Shown here: positions 47,609-60,679 of the stretch, piece by piece | How the letters are laid out: every line of letters begins with the position of its first letter | Position numbering within the stretch: position 1 is the first letter of the stretch | Assembly: GCF_011745625.1 (NCBI RefSeq) | Contig: NW_027191462.1 | Span: 186,001-250,000, forward strand | Length of the DNA stretch: 64,000 nucleotides | Source of the DNA: Cladosporium halotolerans | Taxonomy: Eukaryota | Direction of reading: 5' to 3' | Translations under genes and position numbers: made by a program | The notes under the pieces: model-generated | Told to the model about the DNA's origin: nothing | The model's database searches: none | What the model saw: the letters and a program-made list of their open reading frames with translations, nothing else

Positions 47609-48226
47609 GCGATGAGTCCATGTGTGTTTTGATAGGCCATCTGGTATCCGCGCTGCCGTCTGGTCGAAAGGCCAATGGTAACAAGGGCATCATAATGAGC
47701 GTTGTTTCGGACTGGGCCAACGACGCAACGCCGTCAGATGGAACGAGTTCAAGAGAAAAGATATTTGACGAACTAGGTGATTACGTTTGATTAGTGCAGT
47801 TACTATGCTGCAGCCCGCAATGAGCTTCTAGTGATGAGTGTCTCCCAGGTATGAACAAAGCCCCCCCACCCCGTCCAATTCCGTCAAGGGCAGTTCAGAT
47901 ACCCGATGCCCGGTAACCTTGTTCGTTTCGGAGAGCTACCCATGTCCGTGCTCGTGTCCCGCTTTCGATAAAACGTCGAAAGGAGTTTGAGAGCATCGTG
48001 CGACGTGGTTTTCCCATTGTACACGCTCGCCTGAGCCATGGCTGCCAGCGTTGCGCTCTTCTCGTCGTAAAGGCTTTGGAAATCCTGGTCTCTTATAACG
48101 AGGTTCTGCCATAAGACTTCGTTGCAGTCCCACATTGGCTCTTCGTCGTCCGAATAGTCGAGGCCAGGAATACTATTGAGACGAGATGGAGTTAGCAGAG
48201 CATAGAATAAGGTTGATCGATGGATG

Positions 48227-51200
48227 CTACCAATCAATCCCTGGTACGCTCCGCTCCTCGTCCCAATTCTGCTCGCCACCTTCGGGGATAAGTTCTGGAG
48301 GACTCGCTGTTCCCTTGCCGCCGTTGGGTTGCTGCGCTGGCGCGTCCGCCATGTTGATATCTTGCCAGTCGTTCTCGGCAGGTGCCGGAGCGGCTTCTGG
48401 TGCACGGCGGACGGCTTCGACGTAATCTTCTTTCAGGTCATCCCGCACGTAAACGGCGTACGTAGGAGTGCCGTGGTGCCAGGTGCGTGCCTCGAAGATG
48501 TCCTGTAGCGTGTCCTTTGCGACTTCCGTAACGGATTCGTCGTTGTAGTTGCGCCAGACGTCGTTCTTGAAGTCATGAATAGAGACCCAGTAATGACCGT
48601 GGGATGAGCCTCCTCTGTGAAAGAAGACGGCATACAAGCGATACTTCTTGTCTTTGAGGTCATCGAAAGTACCAGTGAGCTTGCCTTGCAGGCCTTCGAT
48701 CTCAGAATTGAGACTGAGCAGCCGTTCGGTCTGGTAGGACGCATCTGCTTCCAGCGCCAGAGACATCTGTGCATCGGCCTCGATGGGCTCTTCCCCTATA
48801 GCCTGAAGTTCTTGATTGATTTTTTCGAGGTCCTTGACATACTTCGCGGTCTCAGAGACCACAGCAGGCCCTTCAAGACCCATTGTCGTACTTTTCAGAG
48901 CCTTTTGCTCTTTCTTCAGTTCCATCAACTTCTTGCGCCATCCCCATGCCGACCGCCTGCGCTCAAGGACACCGGTGTCACCATCCTCGTAGTAGCGATC
49001 GAGGTATAGCTCATCTTCAAGACGTAAGCTGACGTCGGACTTGAAGGCCTGGTTTTTGACCTTGTCAAAGCCAATCCTAGGCATGTTGATTTGGATCAAC
49101 GGCGGCAAATTAAGGATGCTTCTGTACTGCTGCTTATCGGACCCCTCGGCCACAGCTTGAGGGTCAAAGTAATCATCCAGTGCAGAATACAGATCAGAGG
49201 GCTCTGTTGGCACATTCAACTGAATGCTCGAATCCGAGATTTGTTCTGGTTTCGACGATGTTGTGTCTGAGAGGGTTGTCTGCGACATGCCGATGGCGAA
49301 GAGATCACGGAGGGCATCGGATTGCTCGCCTCTGTCATCGGCACCCTTTGGCTGCATTCCAGCACGCAGACGCTGCGTGATGCTGTCGTGTACCTCTGTC
49401 ACGTCTTGCTGCTCTTTCGCTTTCTCTTGCGCTTGACGTAACGTGTCTGATGTTGTGGTCGAGAAACGGCGAGGAGGAAGTGGAGGCGGAGCTGGCCCAT
49501 TGGCTTGCTGATCTGCAGGCTTTTGGCCAGGCGATGCTGGCGGTGTGGGCGGCATGTCAACACCGTTCATCTTTACATCTGCTTTTTGGGCATCTTCGTC
49601 TGCTTGGAGAGTAGCGCTACTGGCGCGGGACTGACCAGGGTCGGAGGCTGGCTTGTTTTCGTCTTTACTGTTTGCAGCGACGCTGTCATCGATTGCACTC
49701 TCGCTGGCCTTTCTCTGTTCCTCTAACTCTGCGAAATCCCTTGGATCGAGGAATGCCCGACAAACAAGATCTTGCTCTGGTTTTACGGCAGGTCCACGAT
49801 CCTTGATCATCCGTTCGAAGAGATGACGAAGTTCATCAGCGAATTTTTGTCCGCCCTGAATCTCCTTTGTCGAGACTCTGCGCTGACCCACCCGCTCCAG
49901 CTTGTCCTGACTCTTCGTCGTATCCATCTTGTAGTGGTCGTAATCAATCACGATGTCGCGCAAGGGCTTCAAGCTGAAGTAGTACTGGAGAAGACTGTTC
50001 AAGTAGCAGGTGTTGCCATGGCTGACGAGACCCACAGGCCATGTTTCTGGCGAGTGCGCTGTATTTGAGCCCGACGACGGACCGGCAAGAGCTTGCTGGA
50101 CCGCCGAGATGGCTCGTTCGGTCTGCTCGCTAGGCTTGTCGGCACGCGCTGCCTCGAAAATCTGTGGCCAGATGGTGGCGTCAATACCGTCTAAGGCGAC
50201 GTCGACGCCGAGCAGCCGAAGCGCCTCGTCCACGTTCATGGCTGCCGGGTTGGCGTCGTCGCCGGAGAGCCAGCTGTTGAGATAATTGCTTTTTCGTTCA
50301 CGCGCGATTATGGATACCGCTTTGCGACCAATATCCTCAAGCTCTTTGTTTCCGTCAGTCTGCGAGTGACGTTAGCTGGATGTTGCGACGACGTGCAGGC
50401 TCACGTGCAAGCGGGGCGTAGGCAAACGGGAAAGCGCGTCGTACTTACCCGCAGCGCGAAGACGGTGACGACGAAAGAGTCGTCGGTCTCCGCAGTCAGG
50501 CCATTGCCCAGCCAGGCATATGCCTCTTCCGCCGTTTCTATCGTCTGCATCGCTGCGTTGGTCAGCAGCTTCGACCCACGCTGCTTGCCAATACGGCCCA
50601 GCATTTCTCTCGCCTGCTCCTGCCCATGTATTCCGTGATCCGCGTGTTGCGCCTGGAACAAATTGAGGATCCTGTCATCGTCTGCGTGGCCACCATCTGC
50701 GGGCAGGCCGAAGTATCTGTATGCCTCGGATAGGTCTCGTCGGCTCACCAACCCTTTGCTTTCGAGCATCGCCACCTTGAGTTGCAGGTCTTCCGACCCG
50801 CGTTGTCTCGAGATTACTTGAAGGCATTCGTAGTAGTAAGGCTCATTCAGCGCGTCGCATCTCGTTTGTCTTTCGTAGGCGAAGTCGATCAGACTGTCGG
50901 CGAAATCTGAAAGAGCGCCTAAGCTAGCGAAGTAGCTGGAGCAGTAGGTCAGTAAGAGTGCATGGAAAAGTAGTGTGATATCGACAGTGGGGGAAAGGAC
51001 TCACGGCTCGTGCTCGTTAGGTGCGTTTGTCCGCCGCAAAGATGTCGACCTTGGATCTGCAGGGTCTTGTTAGTGGCGCTCGAAAGGTAACGCAAACGAT
51101 GCACAAGGGCGGGAGTCAATACGCCTGATGACTGCTCGCCCACACAATCGAGCATTACAGGCCGCGACCGATTCCGCGCGGCGGTAAATTCATGACTATC

Positions 51201-52236
51201 TCTTGCGCAAGAAATGATTGTGAACTTACAGCCTTGGACCGCTAATACTCTCTCCAGGTCTCTTTGTGCAGATGTCCATCCGTCTCCTGCCGCAGGATTT
51301 ACAACATTGTTTTCTGCCGCTGTTCGGAACGCAAGAGCTAACAACTCCATTTCAACGTCCTCAAGATACTCCCGTAGAGAGTCACCCCCAGAACGCAGGC
51401 GATCTTGGACTATGGCTGGACTAGGCAGTGTCCAGCTGGGTTGTTCTTCCTCCTGCAAGCCATCAGTTACCATACCTCGTATGCGGACATTGTGACCCTC
51501 TTACTGTGTAGCGGAACCCAAGCTTGTGGAGGAAATCTCCACAGTCTCTTCCATTCACACCGAAAGCCTCCATGAATCGCTTGTTGTTCGCTGGAAACAC
51601 TCTCCTGTCGTGCTCTGGGTTGAGAGCATCCTTGATGTATTTCCTCAACCTTGTCAACGCTTCCACTGGGGTTGCCAGTCGTATCCCCTCCCTTTCTGGA
51701 TCACCCTTTTTAACATCATCATATCGACTCTTGAGCTTCGATGTGTCGGTAAGAAGATTTCGTTCGTGAGAGCCAAGATTCGGCAGCTTGAATGTGATCG
51801 TGAGGAGGGCCTGGCACGTCGAGCTAGAGCACTGCCAGCCATATCTTATATGAGAACTGCCTGTGTCGTCTAGCCCTTCTGCGCGCTGAAAGTGGTGGAG
51901 CTGACTTTCTGAGGTCGGGCAGGGCTCCAGTGCTTGGTTATAGTTGATTTTAATGTCAGCATGCAATCTGCAGCGTTTGCAGACGACTGCCAACTTGTAT
52001 TGCGACGAGCCTTCGGAGCGGGTGTCGAGCGGCGGCGTGACACTCTGGTTGGCCTTCAGTGTGTACTCGTGCTTGCAAGCGTCTCGGTGCGGCGTCGGTG
52101 CCACGCCATTTCCGACAAGAGGAGGGTGTCCCGTCAAGATGTTGCCTACGCCGTTCTTCTGAGGATCTAGCTGAAGGAAATCCGCGAGAAGCTTAGGAGC
52201 GGTCTTTCCAGGCCCGCTGATATGGATTGTGGCCAT
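48227..52236 (-). CDS. UBP2: Ubiquitin C-terminal hydrolase, Ubp2-like; exons 52236-51505, 51452-51230, 51056-51005, 50935-50449, 50359-48227
   Basis: Cys box PVGLVSHGNTCYLNSLLQYYF, QQDVTE, His box YAVFFHRGGSSHGHYW...YND; internal AYRYFG/AYAWLG/ALRLLG repeats typical of Ubp2; four canonical introns keep frame. Confidence 0.9.
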
Positions 52237-52668
52237 GCCGGACGATTTGTGATCGAGTGACGATCTGCGATTATGCCCTCTCTTGCAGCAACCTAGAAGT
52301 CCTCCGTTGTATTATCCTTCGTAATGCTGCTAAGCTGCAGGCTATGCCGTGGGGTCGTGGTATAATTCGTTAAAGCGTATGTATCATGCGTCCACTCCCA
52401 ACATGAAATGCAAACACAAACGAGCAAGTGACCGTCCTTCTCAGGCGACCGTGGCCGGCTTCCTAGACATACCAAGCTCGGTCTCTTGGACATGCGCGTG
52501 GCTGCCGTCATACAGCGCATAGCGCGCGGCTAGGGCTGCGCTTTCCACCTTCCCTCCCGCGCGGCCTTCGGGCTGACCCGCACGCGCGAAGCAGCTCACA
52601 ACCTCACTGCCATTGAATGGAACCGACTGCCCACTCACTCCCCCTCTCCGCTCTACCACCCCACAGCC

Positions 52669-53444
52669 ATGGCCGACCTCGACCAGCGGACCGCAGACTA
52701 CCACCCCAAGGATGCCGTGGGCTCGGCCATCAAGGCTACCCTTGTAACTGGTGGCGCCGGCGCCTTCATCTCGACCGTCCAGAATACCCTTACTAAGCAG
52801 AATGTCGGCGCATTCGGAATCTTCACTCGCACAGGAGGCACCATTGGCATTTTCGGTATGCTTGAGAAGAATCTGCAGGGATAAGGCAGGAAGGAATGGC
52901 ACTGACTGCTTTTTGCAGCCGCAATGGGTGGAGCATACGCATTCAGCAAAGACGCCGCCGCGAACCTGAGGAAGAAGGACGATTCGTACAACAGTGCCAT
53001 TGGCGGCGCTATCGCTGGCTCCATGATGGGTCTTAGCCGTACGTCAAAACAGAGAACATACACGATGCGCGATATGGTACGGATACTGACATAACGCTAG
53101 GCCGCTCCGCGCCTGCGGTTTTCGGCTACGGCGCTGCGCTCGGCATCATTCTTTCTGCATTCACATACACCGGCGGAAAGTTGACCGGCTACGAGAAGGA
53201 CCCGACCGTCGACGAGGTTTCGCGGAAAGAGTACCTGAGGAAGAACAGGAGGAGACCCGTCGACCAGATCGTGAACGAGCTTGGCGAGGGCAGAGGTATG
53301 GATAAGAACGACATGATTTCTCGCAGAAGCAGGAGGTTGCTGACAGACTATGCAGGCATCACCGCGCCCGGCTACGAGGAGCGCAGGGCGCAGCGCATCA
53401 AGGACAACTACGGCATCGACGTGCCGGTTTCGGCTTCTTCGTAG
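52669..53444 (+). CDS. Complex I Tim17-like subunit (NDUFA11 / 21.3 kDa); exons 52669-52855, 52919-53038, 53101-53295, 53356-53444
   Basis: YHPKDA, QNTLTKQN.GA.G.FTR.G, ANLRKKDDSYNSAIGG, RRRP..Q...ELGEGRGI.APGYEERR motifs. Confidence 0.88.
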
Positions 53445-55139
53445 ATATGTACCATACACAGACACAAATACCATTTCCAATGTTCTAAAGAAGATGTATC
53501 CTTCCGCGCAGGCCTTTGCTATGGACAATCGGCACAGGGTCGCAGGCCCACTCGGGCACCGCCAGTAGGGTACTTTAGACGTTCAACAGCAGTTGAAATG
53601 AGTCGAGAAGGCAATCTTACCTCCTCCAGGCGCCCATTACTTGCCTTTTGAAGCTGGAGAACAGCCGTACCCAGCTCTTTGGTTGTGAAAAGTAAGGACT
53701 CAACTTCTGGCGCTTACACTCTTCGAATGCCATCCGGCTCTGGTGAGGCGATCTGAAGCACAAAACGAAACATTGGGCTCATACCGTTCTTTGGCTCTAG
53801 CATGTCTTGTATTCACCGAAGCATGCTTTGCATTCGCACGGCCTGGCCTTTCAATTTCCGAGTAATCACGTACCGGTCTTTGGAATGTAAATGCATAGGA
53901 TGGGAGCCTCGCCGCGAGTGCTTAATTGGACTGCTTGCACCCGTTTGAAGGGGTTTAGAGGGGTTATGGGCAGCCGTATTGTGTTGCAGTCATAGGCTAC
54001 TTACCCGTCTAATCTCTTCTCCAAGATGACTGATTTGCTAGACACACCTCATTGTTACACTTTGGACATCTTTCTGTACTCAATGTTTTCGGGCATACTC
54101 GTGAGCGGGCTGCCTCGACTGCCCACACGTTCTGTCACCTGTCATAGCGCTACAGGGCCATCGTGTCATCTCTATTCTTCCAATGTGCTCCACCAAGCTT
54201 TCATGGCTTGCATATAGTTCTTGTGGCGCTATCTAGTTCTGATCACAAATTGCAGCATTCATTTGAAGTGATGACCGGCTGTGATTGTCGTCTTGCTAAG
54301 GGTCGGACAAGATATTCGCGGAGGTCCCCCGGTTCCCTTCAGATCTATCTCACACGGGAATGTTTATAGGACAGATGTATACGGTCATGGGACTGGGTCG
54401 ACTGTCGACTTTGCCAGTTGTCGAATCTCCACTTTCCTCTGCATGAACTGACGAAGCCGTGTCTCCGCTGTGGATGATTACTGAATCGCTATCGGCCGGC
54501 GTATGCGACTGATAGCGACAAGACGCGTGCGGCCATCACACTTCATCGGATTCCACATGAGCGGCGGTCTGGTCGGCCAATCGACGATCGTCCTTTACGC
54601 TCAGCCCCAGTCACTTTTTCGTTCCACGTTTCGATCCCATGGGGCCTCCACCCAGCCCCAACATCAACGTGGAGCCTTCGGCGTTCAAGATATTCCGGCG
54701 TTTGCACATCATTGCTTAAAGGATCATTGTATTTCCTTCGGACCGCTTGTTCTCCGGACTGACGTGGACGCGTCGAATGAAAGCTTCTGTTTTACCAAGA
54801 ATTGCGGGCCCTGTCGGCGGGCGATGCGGCTCAAGCGTCGTTTCCCCGGGTTGACCTTCCGGCCCCGTATGCCTCCGTCTACTTCAAGGAGGAGTCCACG
54901 AGTGACCAGCAGCGATCGTCGTGCATGTCGGCGACTGAGCAGGGCATACTTATGACAGACATGGCTTCGCGTGAGGCAGAGCCGTTACTGTTAACGGAGG
55001 GTAGGTGAGCTGATTCCATCGTCTATCAACGTCGCTATCCTCTTCCCGTTTCGCCTCGTCAATACCTTGTTTCACGTCGATTGTTGTCAATCGCGTACAA
55101 ACAGACCCCTTACTCAGCACACGGAATTGCATTCCTTCC

Positions 55140-56962
55140 ATGATGGAGGACTTCAAAGACGACGACATGATTGATGCTAAGAAGATCGAAGATACACATG
55201 AGGATGCTGTTGGTGCAGAGAGATCCGTCCTTGACAGGCGAGACGCGTACTGCGAGCCGGGTTTCAAGGGCATCTTCGCCTCGTATTATGTTGCACTTTG
55301 CGCCCTCTTTTCCGCTATGGGTGAGTCTCCACGCCCTTCAAAAAATGCTTCCATTCGGCTGACATGACTGCCAGGCGGCTTGCTCTTTGGTTACGACCAG
55401 GGCGTCGTTTCCGTCATCCTGGTCATGCCCCAATTCCTAGACCGTTTCGGAGAAATTGCTACAGGTGGCGGCTTCTACAAAGGCTTGATGACAGCGATGA
55501 TTGAACTGGGTGCTCTGATCGGTGCGCTTAACCAAGGTTGGATTGCCGACAAGATCTCCCGCAAGTACTCGATCGTAGTCGCCGTCATCGTCTTCACCGT
55601 AGGGTCCATCCTGCAGACTGCGGCAGTCGACTATGGCATGCTCACCTTCGCTCGCTTCGTCGGTGGTGTCGGGATCGGTATGCTTTCCATGGTCGCGCCG
55701 CTCTACATCTCAGAGATCTCGCCCCCGGAGATCCGCGGCACACTTCTCGTGCTTGAGGAATTGAGCATCGTGACTGGCATTGTCATTGCATTCTGGACGA
55801 CCTACGGCACCCAATACATTGCCAACGAGTGGTCTTGGCGTCTGCCATTCCTCATTCAGATCTTCCCTGGCCTCATTCTCGGCATCGGCATCGTCTTCCT
55901 GCCCTTCTCTCCTCGATGGCTTTGCTCAAAGGATCGCGACGACGACGCGCTTCGCGCTCTTTCCAAGCTGCGCCAGCTCCCTCCTACAGACCACAGGATC
56001 CAGCGCGAATGGTTCGACATTCGTGCCGAAGTCGCATTGCACGCTGAGATCAGCGCTGAGAGACACCCGCAGCTGCAGGAGCGCACGGTCAGCAACAGGA
56101 TCAAGCTCGAGGTTGTGGGCTGGGTTGATCTCTTCAGGAGCGGCTGCTGGCGCAGGACCTTTGTCGGCTCTGGCCTCATGTTCTTTCAACAATGTAAGTC
56201 TATACGATCTGCTCTTAGGCAGGCCGCAAATCAAAGTTGCTAACAACGTCTCTTTCTAGTCGTCGGCATCAACGCTCTTATCTATTACTCACCTACCCTC
56301 TTCGAAACCATGGGTCTGGACTATGACATGCAGCTGATCATGTCCGGCGTGCTCAACTGCACTCAGCTCGTCGGTGTCGCGAGCTCGCTGTGGACTATGG
56401 ACCGAGTCGGCCGCCGTGCTCTGCTTCTCAGCGGTAGCATCGTCATGTTCCTCTCGCACCTCATCATCGCCGTGCTGGTCGGCAAGTTCTCCTACGACTG
56501 GCCGTCCTTCCGCCCAGAAGGCTGGGCCAGTGTCGCCATGCTCCTGGTCTTCATGCTCGGCTTCGGTGCATCGTGGGGACCAGTGCCGTGGGCTATGCCG
56601 GCTGAAGTCTTCCCATCCTCTCTTCGAGCGAAGGGCGTTGCGTAAGTCATTTCGACACCAAACTCAGCGAGTACACGCACTGACAAGACCACAGATTCTC
56701 AACCTGCTCCAATTGGCTGTTCAACTTCGTCATTGGCTTGATCACGCCTCCCTTGGTCGAGGGCACGGGCTACGGCGCGTACGTCTTCTTCGCAGTGTTC
56801 TCTTTGCTGAGCTTGGTCTGGGTGTATTGGTTTGTGCCGGAGACGGCGGGCAAGTCGCTTGAAGAGATGGATCACGTCTTCAAGGACCTCAGCTCGGAGG
56901 GCGAGGAGGAGAGGCGTGAGAGGATCGAGCAGGCCATTGCGACGAGGATGGCGAACCATTAG
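55140..56962 (+). CDS. MFS sugar porter; exons 55140-55320, 55375-56193, 56260-56641, 56695-56962
   Basis: GGLLFGYDQG, ADKISRK, PLYISEISPPEIRG, PFSPRWL, QQFVGIN, DRVGRR, WGPVPW, PETAGKSLEE. Confidence 0.95.
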
Positions 56963-58302
56963 ATTTGCATCAAGCATACGCATCATATTATGACATATAC
57001 AGAACATAGATTTACAGTTTCTTGCTTTACCTCGCTTTTCTCCATCATAAGTGTGAAACAGTCCAAGTAAGCTGTGGCATGCCTAGCTTGCTAAGGTTGC
57101 ATTGTGGTCGCAAGATCAGGCTCTCAGCGCACTCGAGGACGACTTTCGCCATCACCTCAAGTTTCACTTGGCGGCTTTTTGTGTCTCCAAGACTGTGATG
57201 GCATGCGGGCTGCTGCTGAAGCTTGTGTCGGCTTGATGAGGCGATCCTCCGTGGACTGCTACCACGTCCAGCGCTCGAAGATTGGTAACGACAAGCCCAG
57301 TGCATTCAGGCTGTCCGCAGGCTTCAGGCGAAAACGCCACAGGAGCCTCGACGCCGCATTTTGTTCATGGCTCGAAAGGCGTTCAACCAGTCAGAGTGAT
57401 TTGCCGAGACCGCGACTTGTACCGCTCAAGGTTACACTTGCTGAGGCATTGCTGGAGTAACAAAATCTTCACGTCCATGGTGTCGCAGCATGCTGTGAGA
57501 GAAATAGTAGCGTCGTGTTAGTGCTGCTGCATCGCCTGCCTCCACTCGCTGCCCGCGCGGCTCCCTCGCTCTCCGCCCTGATGCAAAAGTGGCCTGTCCA
57601 TGCTGCACCGGTAGCTCAGGCAAAGTAATCAACCAGACGAACGAGACAAGCCACCGAAGCCTCTGGCATCCAGACTGGCTGCAGTAGCGAGGCACGAATG
57701 AACGCTGTTCGCTTGCCACGGTAGGCTAAATCTCTCCGCAAAGTGCCAGATTCCTACAGCTGGCCAGAACTTCCCTCCAATGATCCAGCGCCCGGGCGGC
57801 GTTGTTTCGCCTGGCGCGAGGCCCCCGGCAGGCCATGGTTGATTGTTTCGAAGCGACGATGGCGCCGCCAGCGGAGCGGGGACGAGAGGGGTTTCCCATC
57901 AGGCACGGCATGCGGCGCGCGGTAGAGTGTGATGGATGCCGTATCGCATTCTAGTCTATATGAGCGTGGCCGCGGCGCCTACATGCGCGGCGGCTCCTTC
58001 TTATCTCCCCGTCGTGATATACTGCTATACTATACCTCCACTCAACGTGCTGCCGGCTCCGTGTGCGTGCAGGGTCGTGACCGCTCTATACCTCTGACTC
58101 GCCGACTCCACCCCGAATCATCTCAGGCGCGCCGCCCATACGCTCGCAGAGCCGAGAAAACCGGGCCTGCGCAGTTGGATTGCCGGCGCCACGTCGCCCC
58201 GCCCGCCGCCCGCTGTGGGCGTGAAGTCTTCAGAGAAGGGCCGGTGCAGGTGCGTCAGGGCGCAGGCGGGCGCAGGCGGAGGGGTGGAGGGCTGTCCAAA
58301 AA

Positions 58303-59865
58303 ATGGAGGGCATGGTCCTCGCGCCGCTGGGCGTGTCCAGCACCATTGCCGCCGAGGAGCGGCGCATCATCGAGCAACGCGTGCAGCAGCGTCTCCGGGA
58401 GAAGCAGCGCGAAAAGGACCTGGCCAAGGAGCAGAGCGACTGGCTTGAACGCACCGCGACCCACGCCAGCGCCGGCAGCGATCTGTCGCGCGCGTCGTCC
58501 GAGAGCGCCACCAGCTATTATTTCTCCAGCAACAGACACCACCACCACCCACACCACCGGCGCAGGGGAGGCGATGCTCTCGCGGGGGATGCGCCCGCCG
58601 TCCACCACCCCTCCGACATGATGCAGACCACGCGCACCGCCACCATCAACTCCGCCGCTGCGCCCAACAACGGCATGCTCGCCTCGACGTCCAGCGGCAG
58701 CACCGGCTCGTCGACGCAGCCGCAGCAACAGCAGCAGCAGCAGCAGGACTTGGCCGCCGATCTGGCTCGCGACCCGTACGAGCTCCGCCACGGGCGACGC
58801 TACCTGCGTGACCTCGCCTACCCACTGCCCGTCGATCTGCCCGAGATCCAACGGCAGAACCTACGCACGCTGCTGGGATGCAGCATTTTCGGGCGCGCGG
58901 TGTGCGCGCCGCCCGTCTCCAAAAAGGTGCCGCAGAAGGTGCTCGAGGTCGGCTGCGGCAGCGCCTACTGGTCGGCGCGATGTCACGAGTACTTCAGCAC
59001 GCTGGGCTACAGAAACGTTTCGTTCACAGGATTAGACGTGGCGCCTCTGCCGCCCGACCTCCGGAAGCAAGGAGTCAACTGGACGTTCGTGCAGCACGAC
59101 ATGCGGCGCAACCCCTGGCCCTTCGACGACGAGGAGTTCGATTTGATCATGCTAAAAGACCTAAGCCTGGTCGTGCCCCTGGGGACCGCCTCGCAGCACT
59201 TCCTCGACGAGTGCATCCGCCTGCTCAAAGTCGGCGGCACGCTGGAAATGTGGGAGTCCGACCACGTCCTTCGTTCGTTATTGCCACACCCTCCCGCCCC
59301 GCACTCTAAACAGCGCGCCGAGCACGACATGGCCGTCCAGACAGGGACCTTCCTCATCGGACCCGGCACGCCTTTCGCGCCCGCGCAGAACAAATACCTC
59401 TCGCACGCCAACACCTGGATCGGTGAGGCGCTCGACCGCCGAAAACTCCCTCCCATGCCCTGCTCCCGCGTCGCGCAGGTCCTCTACCAGGAACCAGAGA
59501 CGCTAGGCGACATCGGCATCCGGCGCGTAGCGATACCGCTCGGCGAGCTGCGCTGGGAGCGCGACCGGTCGAACTCCGGGCAAGGCGACGATGTGCCGCC
59601 TGCGGGTGCCGGAAAGGGCAAGCACCGCGAGCACAATCTGTCGCCGGACCAGGTGGCGCTGAGGCAGACGGCGCTCCTGAGCGTCGTCCAGATGATCGAG
59701 AGTCTAGAGCCGCTGCTGAAAGAGGTGAGCGGCAAGAACTCCGAGGAATGGGGCTACTGGTGGGCGTCGATGATGGCGGACCTGATGGATCCCAGCCGCG
59801 GCGCGATCAGTGGCGAGTGCCTCGAGATTGGCGCGTGGTGGGCGACGAAGATCGCGAACGAATGA
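58303..59865 (+). CDS. Class I SAM-dependent methyltransferase-like protein
   Basis: 520-aa single-exon ORF; YPLPVDLPEIQRQ, motif I VLEVGCGSAYW, FTGLDV, PFDDEEFDLI, RLLKVGG. Confidence 0.85.
   Translation: MEGMVLAPLGVSSTIAAEERRIIEQRVQQRLREKQREKDLAKEQSDWLERTATHASAGSDLSRASSESATSYYFSSNRHHHHPHHRRRGGDALAGDAPAVHHPSDMMQTTRTATINSAAAPNNGMLASTSSGSTGSSTQPQQQQQQQQDLAADLARDPYELRHGRRYLRDLAYPLPVDLPEIQRQNLRTLLGCSIFGRAVCAPPVSKKVPQKVLEVGCGSAYWSARCHEYFSTLGYRNVSFTGLDVAPLPPDLRKQGVNWTFVQHDMRRNPWPFDDEEFDLIMLKDLSLVVPLGTASQHFLDECIRLLKVGGTLEMWESDHVLRSLLPHPPAPHSKQRAEHDMAVQTGTFLIGPGTPFAPAQNKYLSHANTWIGEALDRRKLPPMPCSRVAQVLYQEPETLGDIGIRRVAIPLGELRWERDRSNSGQGDDVPPAGAGKGKHREHNLSPDQVALRQTALLSVVQMIESLEPLLKEVSGKNSEEWGYWWASMMADLMDPSRGAISGECLEIGAWWATKIANE
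58723..58746 (+). repeat. Coding CAG/CAA repeat (polyQ x8)
   Basis: CAG CAA CAG CAG CAG CAG CAG CAG in the methyltransferase frame. Confidence 0.9.
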
Positions 59866-60679
59866 AGTACGTAGAACGCGGTGGCTTGTCTGCTTTTATG
59901 GCCTCGCACGGCCATTCAGCTCATTCGTACCGCTGCTTGAGAGCGCGGTACCGCTTGAGATAGTATCTGGATGTTAGAGAAACGTTAGCGACGTTGGGAG
60001 GAGAATATCGCACAAAAACGGCGCAAAAGGATTTACGTACAGGGCCTCGATCTCTGTGATTGAAACGTTAGCTTCATGTTTGATTCTAGGGATACTCCAA
60101 GGGCGATGGAAGAGATCTTTAAGTCATACCTTTCTTCACATATTCAGCTTGCTCGAGCCCTTTGCGAATTTCGGCTTCGTCTTGTAGATCTGCTTTGGCT
60201 GAAAAGGCTTTGTGCAGTCGCGGGCGGAAGTAGTCATAGCCTAAAGGGTATTCGCGGCCCATATAGAGGAGCTCTGCTTAATGTCTCAGTCCGATTTCTC
60301 AAGGTATATTCCATGCGGCATGGAGCAGCTTACGTTTGTACACTCGGATTACCTCGTGGCGGAGAGGATTCGGCGGGGCCATTGCTGAGAGGGCGTCGCG
60401 GATCAAAGATATTTTCCGAGGGGTATTCAATTGTCAGTCTCGATTGTGCTTGAGCTCCTGTTCAATTTCATGTATAGTAACAAGTTGAAACGCAGAGTGG
60501 TGATGAATAGGTAACGGCAGAGCTACGTCAAGCTGTTGATGGACATCGTCACCGCGAAGCCGCCAAATGCCTCGGCAATCCGCCAATCACCACCCACGCA
60601 AGACCACCAAGGTGCTCTCGCCGTTACGAGCTCCCAATACCTCTCTCGCTGCCGCCTCGCAGGACCTCACAATCCTGCC

